Below, piece by piece: positions 25,293-34,476 of a stretch of DNA of 64,000 nucleotides. Under the pieces are notes generated by a model that made no database searches, was not told the origin of the DNA, and saw only the letters and a list, made by a program, of their open reading frames with translations. Source of the DNA: Acidobacteriota bacterium (GTDB lineage: Bacteria; Acidobacteriota; Aminicenantia; Aminicenantales; Saccharicenantaceae); assembly GCA_033549365.1 (NCBI GenBank), contig JAWSUF010000004.1, forward strand, positions 172,058-236,057, read 5' to 3'. Positions within the stretch are counted from its first letter, which is position 1. Each line of letters starts with the position of its first letter. A program made the translations under genes and the position numbers.

Positions 25293-26696
25293 TTATCTTT
25301 GCCGAGTCTGCGGCGCCGCAAAAAGGTTATTAAACGACTCGGCCAGGGTGGGATGCGCGAAAATCCCGTCCCGGATGGATGGATAAGGCACGCCGCCCAT
25401 CATGGCCATCTGCAGGGCCGCCATGACTTCGCCGCCATCCATGCCCAGAATCGCCGCTCCCAGGATCTGCTCCGTCTCGGGATCCACGATGACCTTCATC
25501 GCTCCCCGCGTCTCGCCGGTTTCGATGGCCCGCGCAACATGCGCCATCGGCATTTCGGCCACGAGATATCGGCGTCCGTTTTCGCGGACTTCCTTCTCGG
25601 TCAGGCCGATCCGTCCCAATTGGGGATCCATGAAAACCGTGTAGGGGACGAACCGGCCGTTCGTGTCGGCCTTGCCTTCCTGCAGCAGGTTGGTCCGGAG
25701 AATGCGGAAATCGTCATAGGAGATGTGTGTAAACGCCGGTCCGCCCTTGACGTCTCCTGCAGCGAAGACGCCTTCCGCCGAAGTCTCCAGCCGCTCGTTC
25801 ACTTTGATGTATCCCCGCCGGTCCAACTCGATGCCCGCAGTCTCAGGATCCAGCATATCGGTGTTGGGGACTCTCCCAGCAGCCGCCAGGAGGTGGCTTC
25901 CGATCAGGCGGCTCTCGCCGGAAGGCGCGCGCAGCGTGAGCTCGATCCGTCCGCGGGAGCCGCGACTCACTCCGAGCGGCTCGGTTTCAGTTAAAACATT
26001 CACGCCGTCTTCCTGCAGGATTTCCAGGATTTTCCGGGCGATGTCCTCGTCTTCACGGGGCAACAGCTGCTTGCCCCGCTGCACGAGGGTGACCCGGCTG
26101 CCAAAGCGCCGGAACATCTGTCCGAATTCCACGCCGATATAGCCGCCGCCGATCACCAACAGGTGTTCCGGGACCGTATCCAGTTCCATGATCGACGTGG
26201 AATCCAGGGCACCCACCCCATCCAGACCGGGCAACGAAGGTATCCGGAGACGGGTCCCCGTATCGATGATGATCGTGTCCGCCGAAAGCGTCCGGGTTCC
26301 GCCGTCGTTCAGGCGAATTGCCACCCTGCCCGGAGCCGTGAAACGGGCCTGCCCCATGATGAGATCCAGTCCCTCTGTTTTTTTGATGCGCTGCCGGGAT
26401 CCCTCGTGAAAGCTCGCGACGATGTCCCGTTTTCGTTTGCGCACGGCTTCCATATCCACTTCAACCCGTCCGGTCTTCACCCCGTAATCTCCGGCTCGGC
26501 GCGCCATATCCGCCGCCCGCGCACTTGCGACCATCGTCTTTGTCGGAGTGCACCCTTCATTGATGCACGTTCCGCCGACGTGGGCGCGTTCGATCAGGGC
26601 CGTCTTCCAGCCGGCTGCGGCCATGGCCATGGAAAGGGGGGTCCCGCCCTGGCCGGATCCGATCACGATGGCTCTGTATTTTTCAATGGGGGTCAT
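25293..26696 (-). CDS. FAD-dependent pyridine nucleotide-disulfide oxidoreductase (MerA/RclA/Lpd-like, lacking an N-terminal metal-binding domain)
   Basis: 467 aa. Motifs are AIVIGSGQGGTPLSMAMAAAG, the redox-active GGTCINEGCTPTK, a second Rossmann motif LLVIGGGYIGVEFGQMF, and a C-terminal HPTLAES. Confidence 0.75.
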   Translation of the reverse strand: MTPIEKYRAIVIGSGQGGTPLSMAMAAAGWKTALIERAHVGGTCINEGCTPTKTMVASARAADMARRAGDYGVKTGRVEVDMEAVRKRKRDIVASFHEGSRQRIKKTEGLDLIMGQARFTAPGRVAIRLNDGGTRTLSADTIIIDTGTRLRIPSLPGLDGVGALDSTSIMELDTVPEHLLVIGGGYIGVEFGQMFRRFGSRVTLVQRGKQLLPREDEDIARKILEILQEDGVNVLTETEPLGVSRGSRGRIELTLRAPSGESRLIGSHLLAAAGRVPNTDMLDPETAGIELDRRGYIKVNERLETSAEGVFAAGDVKGGPAFTHISYDDFRILRTNLLQEGKADTNGRFVPYTVFMDPQLGRIGLTEKEVRENGRRYLVAEMPMAHVARAIETGETRGAMKVIVDPETEQILGAAILGMDGGEVMAALQMAMMGGVPYPSIRDGIFAHPTLAESFNNLFAAPQTRQR

Positions 26697-26986
26697 GCTT
26701 TGCTTTTCCTTTTCATGATGAATTCCTCCCTTCTTTCAATCGCATCACCCAACAGCCTTCGAAGGTCGGGGTCCGTGTCTCACCGGATGTGTCAAGCCGG
26801 GAAGCCGTTGAAACTTACCGAGGCCCCTCCCGGCCCGGCCGTTCAATCCGATGGCTGCCGGGGATTGGGAGATGGCATGATGGCAGATGATAGACCACAA
26901 TGTTTCGGGATGTCAATTTGTTCTTCCATCATGAACGCCGGCGGCGGCGAAGCGGAAGTCCCTGCGCCTGGGGCGCGATCCGGTTT

Positions 26987-28312
26987 TTAAACGCCCGCGA
27001 CGACGACCTTGTCGACGACCAGGCTGGGCATCCTCATGGACGAGTAAATCCAGGGGTCGTCGGCAACTTCGATCAGCCGCTCCCAGAACTTCAGGTGGTT
27101 GTCGGCGATGTTCATTTCGGCGACGGATTGAACGGGAACGCCGTCCTCGAACAGCCGCCCGGAAATCCCGATCGAGGTGTCGCCGGTCGTGGGATTGGAA
27201 TTGCCGCCGATGAAGCCGGTGAGGAGGATGCCCCGGCCGAGGTCCTTCATGATGTCCGAAACGGAGCGGCTTCCGGGAGGAATGATCAAATTGGATGGCG
27301 ATCCCGTCGTCGGTTCCCAGCCCAGTTTGCGGCTGTAATACCAGTCGATATAGTAATTGCGGAGAACGCCGTTTTCGACCAGAACCATCTTTTTGGCGGT
27401 CAGCCCGTCTCCGTCGAAAGTCCGGCTTCCCAACCCGCCCTGGATGAAGGGATCGTCGATCAAGGTGAAATGGCGTGAACCGACCGTCTTTCCCAATTTA
27501 TCCAGAAGGAAGGATTGCTTTTGGTCGATGTTGCGGCCGTAGAGGGGCTGCAGGAATCCGTTCAGCATCCAGCCGGCCATGCGGTTGACGATGATGACAG
27601 GGAGGGTTTCGGTCTTGAGTTTCTTCGCTCCGAGCAGCAGGCGTGTGTTTTTCGCCGCTTCCCGTCCGATTGTCTTGGGGGAGGGCAGGCTTTTCCGGTC
27701 GGCCGTCACCGCATAGGCCCAGCCGTTGGGCCGGCGATCGCCCGCATCCTGCAGGGTCATCGAAGCCATCAGGGAATAGGATGTGCTTTTCCGCGCGCCT
27801 TGGAATCCGTTGCTCGAGATCATCACGGATTCCGCGGCACTGTCCCGGCTTTGGGCGGAGACCGAGATCACATCCTTTCCGCCTTCGGCCAGGGCCGCCG
27901 CTTCGGCCGCCTTGACCAGGGCATGCCGGTCTTCCGGCCGGAAAGCGCCGTGCCCGGGATCGAACAAACCGAGATCCCGGTCCTCCCGTCCTTCGTAGAA
28001 TTTCGCGTCGGGAAGCGTCCTGAACGGGTCTTCCGCCAGAAGCTTGGTCGAGGCCACGGCATTTGCGATGAACGCCCTCATGGCGTTCCTGCGGAGGTCG
28101 GAGGTCGTCTGGCTGGAGTAACGGCCTCCGGCGAAAATTTCAACGCCGAGATTGCGGGTCGAGGCCTCCTTGATGGTTTCCGGTTTGCGTTCGCGGTAGC
28201 CGACCTCGACCGCGCGGTTTGAGGAAATGCGGACGCGGGCCTGATCGGCTCCCGCGCCGCGGGCTTCCTTGATTGTCCAGGCCGCAAGATCCATAAGTTC
28301 GTTCGACATCAT
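26987..28312 (-). CDS. pmbA: PmbA/TldE-family metalloprotease (no signal peptide)
   Basis: 441 aa with the TldD/PmbA fold. The pattern is typical of the TldE partner (GFIGGNSNPTTGDTSIGISGRLFEDG). Confidence 0.8.
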   Translation of the reverse strand: MMSNELMDLAAWTIKEARGAGADQARVRISSNRAVEVGYRERKPETIKEASTRNLGVEIFAGGRYSSQTTSDLRRNAMRAFIANAVASTKLLAEDPFRTLPDAKFYEGREDRDLGLFDPGHGAFRPEDRHALVKAAEAAALAEGGKDVISVSAQSRDSAAESVMISSNGFQGARKSTSYSLMASMTLQDAGDRRPNGWAYAVTADRKSLPSPKTIGREAAKNTRLLLGAKKLKTETLPVIIVNRMAGWMLNGFLQPLYGRNIDQKQSFLLDKLGKTVGSRHFTLIDDPFIQGGLGSRTFDGDGLTAKKMVLVENGVLRNYYIDWYYSRKLGWEPTTGSPSNLIIPPGSRSVSDIMKDLGRGILLTGFIGGNSNPTTGDTSIGISGRLFEDGVPVQSVAEMNIADNHLKFWERLIEVADDPWIYSSMRMPSLVVDKVVVAGV

Positions 28313-28324
28313 CTCTCTCCTTCC

Positions 28325-29860
28325 TCAGCTCTTCACTCCGCCGACGGTCAGCGACTTGACGAGACAGGTCGGCTGTCCGAAACCGCAGGGCACGGCTTGC
28401 CCGGATTTGCCGCAGGCTCCCATGCCGCCCCGGCTCATTTCGAAGTCGTTGCCGACCAGAATGATGTTCCGGAGCATGCGGGGTCCGTTGCCCATGATGT
28501 TGACGTCCTTGATCGGCGCGCCGAGTTTGCCGTTTTCGATCATCCGGCCCTGGGAAACATAGAACGCGAAATCGCCTTCGCCGATATGGACTTCGCCGTT
28601 GCTGACGTCCTGGACGTAGATGCCGTTTCCGGCCCTGCGGATGACGTCCTCGACTCCGGCGGGCCCCGCTTCCATATACGTGTTTCTCATTCGGGGCACC
28701 GGGTAGTGCTGGTAGCTTTGGCGTCGGCCGTTGCCCGTGGGTTCGAGTCCGTAATGGCGGGCCGAGATCCGGTCGTGCATGTAACTCCGGAGAATGCCGT
28801 TTTCGACGAGAACCGTCCGCTGTCCCGGGATGCCCTCGTCGTCGATGTTGATCGAGCCCAGCATGTGGGGCAGCGTCCCGTCATCCACAATGGTGACGAA
28901 GGGTTCGGCGACCTTTTTCCCGATCATGGTCGCATATGTGGAGACGTTTTTGCGGTTGAAATCGGCTTCCATGCCGTGACCGATGGCCTCGTGGAGAAGA
29001 ACGCCGGTCACACCCGGGCCGAGAACGACCGGAATCTCTCCGGCCGGCGGCTGCACGGCGTCGAAGAGGATGACGGCGTCGTCGACGGCCTTGCGGGCGA
29101 TTTCTTCGACGTCGGCCGATGTGTAAAAATCAAACCCGCGGCGGCCGCCCAGGTTTGCGTAGAACTGTTCGCGGCGTCCGTTTTTCTCGGCCACGACGAA
29201 GGCCGCAAGATAGGAGCGGGGCTGAAGGTCTTCGGCACGCCGGCCGTCGCTCGAGACGACCAGAATCCGCCTCTCCTGATCGTGAAATTGGGCCGTGACC
29301 TTGACGACGAGCGGCGAGCGGTCGAAACACTTTTCGTTGACGTCCAGGACAAGGGGCAGTTTGGATTCAAGAGGAACCGAGGACAGCCGCTTTTCGAGGG
29401 GATAGGAATCAAGATTTTTGACGGCGATGCTTCTCGCAACGGCCTTTCCGGCCGTTCCGGAGGCGATCGTAGCCGCCGTTCCCGCCGCCGTGATCATGGC
29501 GCTTTCGGTCAGTTCCTGGGTGAATCCGTAACCGACCTGGTCGCCCTTCACGGTGCGGATACCTGCGCCCAGGGCGATGTCGCTCACGGCCCGGTTGACC
29601 TTTCCGTCCTCGAGGACGATCCAGTTTGAGACCGTGTGTTCGAAGAAGACATCGGCGAAATCGCCGCCCCGGGACAGAGCTTCGCCGAGGATCTTGCGGC
29701 AGAGGGCGTCCGATATGCCGAATTCCCGCTCGAAATAGCCGGCTTCGACGGCCGCGGAGGGCAGGACGGACCATCCGTGGGCCAAAACCGGCGCGGCGAG
29801 GCCCGCTGCAGCCGCCTTGGCCGTTGCCTCCAGGAAACGTCGCCTGGTGATTTGACGCAT
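28325..29860 (-). CDS. tldD: TldD-family metalloprotease with an N-terminal Tat signal
   Basis: 511 aa. The N-terminus MRQITRRRFLEATAKAAAAGLAAPVLAHG is a Tat signal. The TldD core carries the HExxxH-type motif (VLLHEAIGHGMEAD) and the C-terminal GxC motifs. Confidence 0.8.
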   Translation of the reverse strand: MRQITRRRFLEATAKAAAAGLAAPVLAHGWSVLPSAAVEAGYFEREFGISDALCRKILGEALSRGGDFADVFFEHTVSNWIVLEDGKVNRAVSDIALGAGIRTVKGDQVGYGFTQELTESAMITAAGTAATIASGTAGKAVARSIAVKNLDSYPLEKRLSSVPLESKLPLVLDVNEKCFDRSPLVVKVTAQFHDQERRILVVSSDGRRAEDLQPRSYLAAFVVAEKNGRREQFYANLGGRRGFDFYTSADVEEIARKAVDDAVILFDAVQPPAGEIPVVLGPGVTGVLLHEAIGHGMEADFNRKNVSTYATMIGKKVAEPFVTIVDDGTLPHMLGSINIDDEGIPGQRTVLVENGILRSYMHDRISARHYGLEPTGNGRRQSYQHYPVPRMRNTYMEAGPAGVEDVIRRAGNGIYVQDVSNGEVHIGEGDFAFYVSQGRMIENGKLGAPIKDVNIMGNGPRMLRNIILVGNDFEMSRGGMGACGKSGQAVPCGFGQPTCLVKSLTVGGVKS

Positions 29861-29963
29861 GAAAGACCTCCTTGAATAAATAGGAAAATAACGTTGATAA
29901 AGACGTGATCAGGCAGGGAAAGGTTGCCCGATCCCAAAAAAACAGCAGTAATGTCTGATATAT

Positions 29964-29992
29964 CTTGACAGGGGCAGAGGAGTTCTTTACGT
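29964..29992 (+). promoter_or_regulatory. Putative sigma70 promoter (TTGACA-17 nt-TACGTT) for the S10 carboxypeptidase gene
   Basis: The plus-strand sequence is TTGACAggggcagaggagttcttTACGTT, followed by a strong AAGGAGG ribosome-binding site and the GTG/ATG start. It sits in the divergent intergenic region shared with tldD. Confidence 0.35.
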
Positions 29993-30007
29993 TAAGGAGG
30001 TTAGGAG

Positions 30008-31561
30008 GTGGCGATGCGAAGAAGATCCATTATTACGGCTCTTATCCTGGCAACGGTATTGACGGTGTCGTGGTCGATTGCGCAACAGCGTCCCGGAGCC
30101 CCCCCGGACTCCCAGCGAACCGGGCCGCGGCAGGCGGCGGAACGCGAATACGCGGGCCCCAACGAGGAAAAGGTCTCGCAGACCCAGCACGTCATGCGCC
30201 TCGGCGGGAAGGAGATCCGGTATACGGCCACGGCGGGCACGGTTCCGATCCGTCTGGACGACGGGAACGTTGCCGCCCGAATGTTTTTCGCGGCCTACAC
30301 GAAGGACGGCGAGGACGTCAAGACGCGTCCCATCGCCTTTCTCTTCAACGGCGGCCCCGGATCCGCAACCATCTGGCTGCACATGGGGTCGTTCGGCCCG
30401 AAGGTCGCCAAGATGGCCGATGAGGGCTTCCAGCCGGCGCCTCCCTACGAACTCGTCGACAATCCTTACTCGCTCCTGGACGTGTCGGACGTCGTCTTCA
30501 TTGATGCGATCGACACCGGCTACAGCCGCGTGACGCCGGGAACGGACAACAGCCGGTTCCACGGCCAGGACGGGGATATCCGCGCCTTCGGCGAATTCAT
30601 CGCCGAATATCTGCGGACTTACAACCGTCACCCGTCCCCGAAGTTCCTGATCGGTGAAAGTTACGGCTCGATCCGCAGCGCCGGCCTGGCGCTGGAGCTG
30701 CAGTCGCGCCACGGCATCGAATTGAACGGCATCGGGCTTCTCTCGGCGCTTTTGACCTACCAGACGCTCCGGATGGCGCCGAACAACGATATCGCCTGGG
30801 CCGTTCAGATTCCAACCTACACCGCGACGGCGTGGTACCACGAGAAACTCCCGCCCGACCTGCAGAAGATGACGATCGCCGAGGTTGTCGACGAGGCGCG
30901 CACGTTCGCCTTCGGCGATTACGTGTTGGCCCTGACACGGGGCAATACGCTGAGCGATGCCGAGTGGACCGCCGCGGCGGAAAAACTGGCGCGATACACG
31001 GGCCTGTCAACGCGGTTCATCCTCCAGGCAAACCTGCGCGTCGACCCTGGCCGCTTCCGCAAGGAATTGCTGCGCGACCGGCGTCTTGTCGTCGGACGCC
31101 TTGACAGCCGGTTCACGGCCCTCGATGCCGATGCGGCGGGCGAATACCAGGAGTTCGATCCGTCGAATACGGCGCTCACCGGGCCTTACGTCGCGGGATT
31201 CACTCACCACGTGAAGAACACCCTGAAATGGGAAACGGATCTCCGTTATCAGACACGGGGCAATGTGAGACCCTGGACCTACGTGCAGAACAACTTCATG
31301 GACATGACGGAGGCCCTGCGCTCCACGATGGCCCGAAATCCCTTCCTCAAGGTGTTTGTGATTTGCGGCTACTATGACATGGCCACGTCGGTGGGCGGCA
31401 TCGAGTTCAACATGTCACATCTGGCCTATGACAGGCAGATCACCGACCGGGTGTCCTTCGGGTACTACGAGGCCGGGCACATGATGTACATCCGCCCCTC
31501 GGCGCATGCCGCGCTCACCAAGGACCTGGCGGCCTTCATCCGGTCGGCCGCCGGCCGCTGA
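30008..31561 (+). CDS. Secreted serine carboxypeptidase, peptidase family S10
   Basis: 517 aa. It has an N-terminal signal peptide (MAMRRRSIITALILATVLTVSWSIAQ). S10 motifs are FLFNGGPGSA and the catalytic-serine block FLIGESYGS. Confidence 0.75.
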   Translation: MAMRRRSIITALILATVLTVSWSIAQQRPGAPPDSQRTGPRQAAEREYAGPNEEKVSQTQHVMRLGGKEIRYTATAGTVPIRLDDGNVAARMFFAAYTKDGEDVKTRPIAFLFNGGPGSATIWLHMGSFGPKVAKMADEGFQPAPPYELVDNPYSLLDVSDVVFIDAIDTGYSRVTPGTDNSRFHGQDGDIRAFGEFIAEYLRTYNRHPSPKFLIGESYGSIRSAGLALELQSRHGIELNGIGLLSALLTYQTLRMAPNNDIAWAVQIPTYTATAWYHEKLPPDLQKMTIAEVVDEARTFAFGDYVLALTRGNTLSDAEWTAAAEKLARYTGLSTRFILQANLRVDPGRFRKELLRDRRLVVGRLDSRFTALDADAAGEYQEFDPSNTALTGPYVAGFTHHVKNTLKWETDLRYQTRGNVRPWTYVQNNFMDMTEALRSTMARNPFLKVFVICGYYDMATSVGGIEFNMSHLAYDRQITDRVSFGYYEAGHMMYIRPSAHAALTKDLAAFIRSAAGR

Positions 31562-31571
31562 CGAGCCCGCA

Positions 31572-31600
31572 GCCGGCGAGGTCCCTTGAGCCGCCGGCTT
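31572..31600 (+). terminator. Possible stem-loop downstream of the S10 gene (8-bp GC-rich stem, weak U tract)
   Basis: AGCCGGCG-aggtcccttgag-CGCCGGCT is followed by tatgatg. This is only a weak intrinsic-terminator candidate. Confidence 0.2.
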
Positions 31601-31730
31601 ATGATGCCTGCCCAAGGATCGGCTGGCACGGTCTTCAAAACGGAGAAGCCGGGCCGGAATCCGGGCTCGCCGGATAGACTGCGCTTTACAAGGCCGGGGG
31701 GATCGGATAGGCTGATCTCGAGGACCGACC

Positions 31731-32129
31731 ATGAGACGAAGAGATCCCCAGGCCGTCTACCGCCTCGGAATCGTCGTCATTGCCGTCGTCATGTTTTTCG
31801 CCGCTCTCGGAACCTTGACGTTCCGGATCGGCAACCATGTCTTTGGTGTCTTTGAACGGACCCTGCCCGTCGATCCTCTCGTGTCCGACGCCTTCCTTTT
31901 CCCCGATGTGCTGCTGTCTCTGCTCTTGATCATTGGGGCGGTCCTCCTGATCCAACTGAAGAAGTCGGGCCTGTTCGTCGCGCTCATCGCCCTGGGAATG
32001 TGGCTTTTCGACATTCTCGTCGTCCTCGGCCTGGCCGGGCGCGGGAACATCGGATTTCTCGGGGCCACGCTGATCTTTGTTGCCTTTTCCCTGTATTACC
32101 TATGGAACCGCCGGGACATCTTCGATTGA
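31731..32129 (+). CDS. Hypothetical small membrane protein (4 predicted transmembrane helices)
   Basis: 132 aa, hydrophobic throughout (VYRLGIVVIAVVMFFAAL..., LLLIIGAVLLIQL..., LFVALIALGMWLFDILVVLGL..., LIFVAFSLYYLW). I recognise no domain. Confidence 0.4.
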   Translation: MRRRDPQAVYRLGIVVIAVVMFFAALGTLTFRIGNHVFGVFERTLPVDPLVSDAFLFPDVLLSLLLIIGAVLLIQLKKSGLFVALIALGMWLFDILVVLGLAGRGNIGFLGATLIFVAFSLYYLWNRRDIFD

Positions 32130-32240
32130 CGCCTTCGATTGCCCTGCCCACGGGCTTCCCGGATTGACTTGGTCGAATGAGACCCGGTTCTTGACGGCGC
32201 CGCGCAAAAAAGGGATCATGTCGTCGTGATTGGCGCGTCC

Positions 32241-32326
32241 GCCGGGGTGGCGGAAATGGCAGACGCAAGGGACTTAAAATCCCTCGCCCCGTAAGGGGCA
32301 TACGGGTTCGATTCCCGTCCCCGGCA
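32241..32326 (+). tRNA. tRNA-Leu (anticodon UAA), class II with a long variable arm
   Basis: GCCGGGGTGGCGGAAATGGCAGACGCAAGGGACTTAAAATCCCTCGCCCCGTAAGGGGCATACGGGTTCGATTCCCGTCCCCGGCA. The 7-bp acceptor stem is GCCGGGG/CCCCGGC. The anticodon loop is CUUAAAA with anticodon UAA, followed by a long variable arm and a T-arm GGTTCGATTCC. No CCA is encoded. Confidence 0.8.
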
Positions 32327-32346
32327 TTCCCCCAGGTTTTCCGGCG

Positions 32347-32375
32347 TTGACAGTCCCGCCGGCGATGTTTACACT
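32347..32375 (+). promoter_or_regulatory. Putative sigma70 promoter (TTGACA-17 nt-TACACT) upstream of abgT
   Basis: cggcgTTGACAgtcccgccggcgatgttTACACTaagc lies about 60 nt upstream of the abgT ATG, and a GGGAGGG ribosome-binding site is present. Confidence 0.4.
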
Positions 32376-32434
32376 AAGCGGCGAAGGAAAGCCGGGTTTT
32401 CCCGGACTTTCCCAACCCCGTTTCGGGAGGGCCG

Positions 32435-33973
32435 ATGAAAAAATTCGCCGCCGCACTGAAAAGAGGAACATCGCGCGCGTTCTCCAAATCTCTGGACATC
32501 ATCGAAACCGTTGGCAACAAGCTGCCTCATCCGGCCACGCTGTTCGCCCTGCTGGCGATCACGGTCATGATCGTCTCCTGGGTGGCCACACAGCTTTCTT
32601 ATCAGGCCATCCATCCCGTGAGCGGAGACCCGATCACGGTGAAAAGCCTGATCAGCGCGGAGGGCATCCGCTGGATCTACACCAGTGTCATCCGCAACTT
32701 CGTCAACTTTCCCCCCTTGGGCTATGTTCTCGTGGTTATGGTCGGCATCGGCGTCGCCGAAGGATCGGGCCTTTTCACCGTCATGATCCGGGCCCTCGTC
32801 CTGGGTGCTCCGAAGAAAGCCGTCACGGGGGCCATCGTCGCGGCGGGACTCCTTTCCCACCTGGCATCCGAGGCCGGTTATGTGATCCTGATTCCTCTCG
32901 GGGCCATGATTTTTCATGCTCTGGGGCGCCATCCCATGGCCGGATTGGCGGCCGCGTTCTGCGGAGTGAGCGGCGGGTTCGGCGCAAACTTCCTGGTCGG
33001 ATCCGTGGATCCCATCCTGGCCGGGTTGTCCACATCGGCGGCCCGGATCATCGATCCCGCCATGACCGTCAATCCCGTCGTCAATTTCTATTTCATGTTC
33101 GTCTCGGCCTTTCTCATTGTTGTTCTGGGAACCTGGGTGACCGAGAAGATCGTCGAGCCCCGGCTGGGGCCTTACGATGGTCCCGCCGAAAAGGTCCCGG
33201 TCGAGCAACTGACGCCCATCGAAAAGAAGGGGCTGAAAGGGGCCGGCTGGGGCGTTCTGGCGACCGTCATCGTTCTGGCCCTGACCGTCGTTCCCCGATG
33301 GGGAGTCTTTCGAAATCCCGTGGACGGCACGGTTCTGAACTCACCCTTCTTCGACGGCATCATCATTGCCATCCTGATCTTCTTTTTCATTCCCGGTCTG
33401 ATCTACGGTTTTATCGTCAAGTCCATCAAAAGCGACAAAGACGTCGTCAAGCACATCACGAAATCCATGAGCGGCATGGCCGGCTACATTGTTCTCGTCT
33501 TTTTCGCCGCCCAGTTCGTCTATTTCTTCAGCTACAGCAACCTGGGTCTCGTCGTGGCCATCAAGGGTGCCGAGGGCCTCCGGAACATCGGCTTGACGGG
33601 CGTCACGCTCATCATCGCCTTCGTTTTTCTGTCGGCCCTCATCAACATGTTCATGGGTAGCGCCTCGGCCAAATGGGCCATCATGGCGCCGGTTTTCGTT
33701 CCCATGTTCATGCTCCTGGGTTACCATCCGGGTCTGACCCAGGCGGCCTTCCGGATCGGCGATTCCGTGACCAACCTCATCACGCCCATGATGAGCTACT
33801 TCGCCCTGATCGTCACCTTCTCCCAGAAATACAACGAACGCTACGGCATCGGCACGATCATCTCGACGATGCTGCCCTACACCCTGATCTTTACCCTCGG
33901 CTGGACGATTCTCCTGGTGATCTGGTTCTTCCTCGGTCTGCCGCTCGGCCCGGACGGACCCCTCCACCTTTGA
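32435..33973 (+). CDS. abgT: AbgT-family transporter (p-aminobenzoyl-glutamate/MtrF family)
   Basis: 512 aa. The N-terminal MKKFAAALKRG...LDIIETVGNKLPHPATLFALLAITVMIVSW and the overall polytopic pattern are characteristic of AbgT/MtrF. Confidence 0.85.
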   Translation: MKKFAAALKRGTSRAFSKSLDIIETVGNKLPHPATLFALLAITVMIVSWVATQLSYQAIHPVSGDPITVKSLISAEGIRWIYTSVIRNFVNFPPLGYVLVVMVGIGVAEGSGLFTVMIRALVLGAPKKAVTGAIVAAGLLSHLASEAGYVILIPLGAMIFHALGRHPMAGLAAAFCGVSGGFGANFLVGSVDPILAGLSTSAARIIDPAMTVNPVVNFYFMFVSAFLIVVLGTWVTEKIVEPRLGPYDGPAEKVPVEQLTPIEKKGLKGAGWGVLATVIVLALTVVPRWGVFRNPVDGTVLNSPFFDGIIIAILIFFFIPGLIYGFIVKSIKSDKDVVKHITKSMSGMAGYIVLVFFAAQFVYFFSYSNLGLVVAIKGAEGLRNIGLTGVTLIIAFVFLSALINMFMGSASAKWAIMAPVFVPMFMLLGYHPGLTQAAFRIGDSVTNLITPMMSYFALIVTFSQKYNERYGIGTIISTMLPYTLIFTLGWTILLVIWFFLGLPLGPDGPLHL

Positions 33974-34353
33974 TGTGGGCTTTTTTAGATAAGTTCTTTT
34001 TTGTTTTTCATTCGGCCGTCATCGTCTTCGTTCTGACCGGCTGGATTTGGAGAAAGACACGGAAGGCCCACCTCCTTCTCGTCCTGGCCGTGGCCTTTTC
34101 CTGGTTCATCCTCGGCCTCTGGTACGGCTACGGCTACTGTCCCTGCACCGATTGGCATTGGATGGTCCGGTCCGAACTCGGCATCCATGACATGCCGTCG
34201 TCCTACACCAAATTTCTCATCGACGCGTTCACGGGCTGGGATGCCGATCCCCGCGCGGTGGACATCCTGACGCTCGTTCTTCTTATCGCCGCATTCATCG
34301 CTTCACTGGCGACAAACCTTGCGGATCGGCAAAGGAAACGCCGTAAGTTTTAG
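33973..34353 (+). CDS. DUF2784-like small membrane protein
   Basis: 126 aa, starting at the ATG that overlaps the abgT stop (TGATG): MWAFLDKFFFVFHSAVIVFVLTGWIWRK...YGYCPCTDWHWMVRSELG. The 226-aa track ORF carries an N-terminal extension antisense-like to abgT, which I trimmed. Confidence 0.5.
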   Translation: MWAFLDKFFFVFHSAVIVFVLTGWIWRKTRKAHLLLVLAVAFSWFILGLWYGYGYCPCTDWHWMVRSELGIHDMPSSYTKFLIDAFTGWDADPRAVDILTLVLLIAAFIASLATNLADRQRKRRKF

Positions 34354-34476
34354 GCGCAATCCCATCATCCGGGTGTCATAAACCCTCCGAAAGAGAAGAA
34401 ATGAAGAGCTTGTGAAAAGAAAAAATTAGTCCGGCCATGAAAAAGAGAGGTGATTCAGGGCCGGAACGGAAGTCGG

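Noticed and set aside
32347-33660. 437-aa plus-strand ORF in an alternate frame over abgT
   Set aside because: It is an Arg/His/Gly-rich frame-shadow of the AbgT gene, whose own frame gives a full-length AbgT-family protein.
34354-34476. Possible bidirectional terminator between the convergent DUF2784 and TauE genes (CCGGCC...GGCCGG hairpin with a 24-nt loop in an AT-richer stretch)
   Set aside because: The stem is short, the loop is long and there is no U tract, so it is too weak to call.
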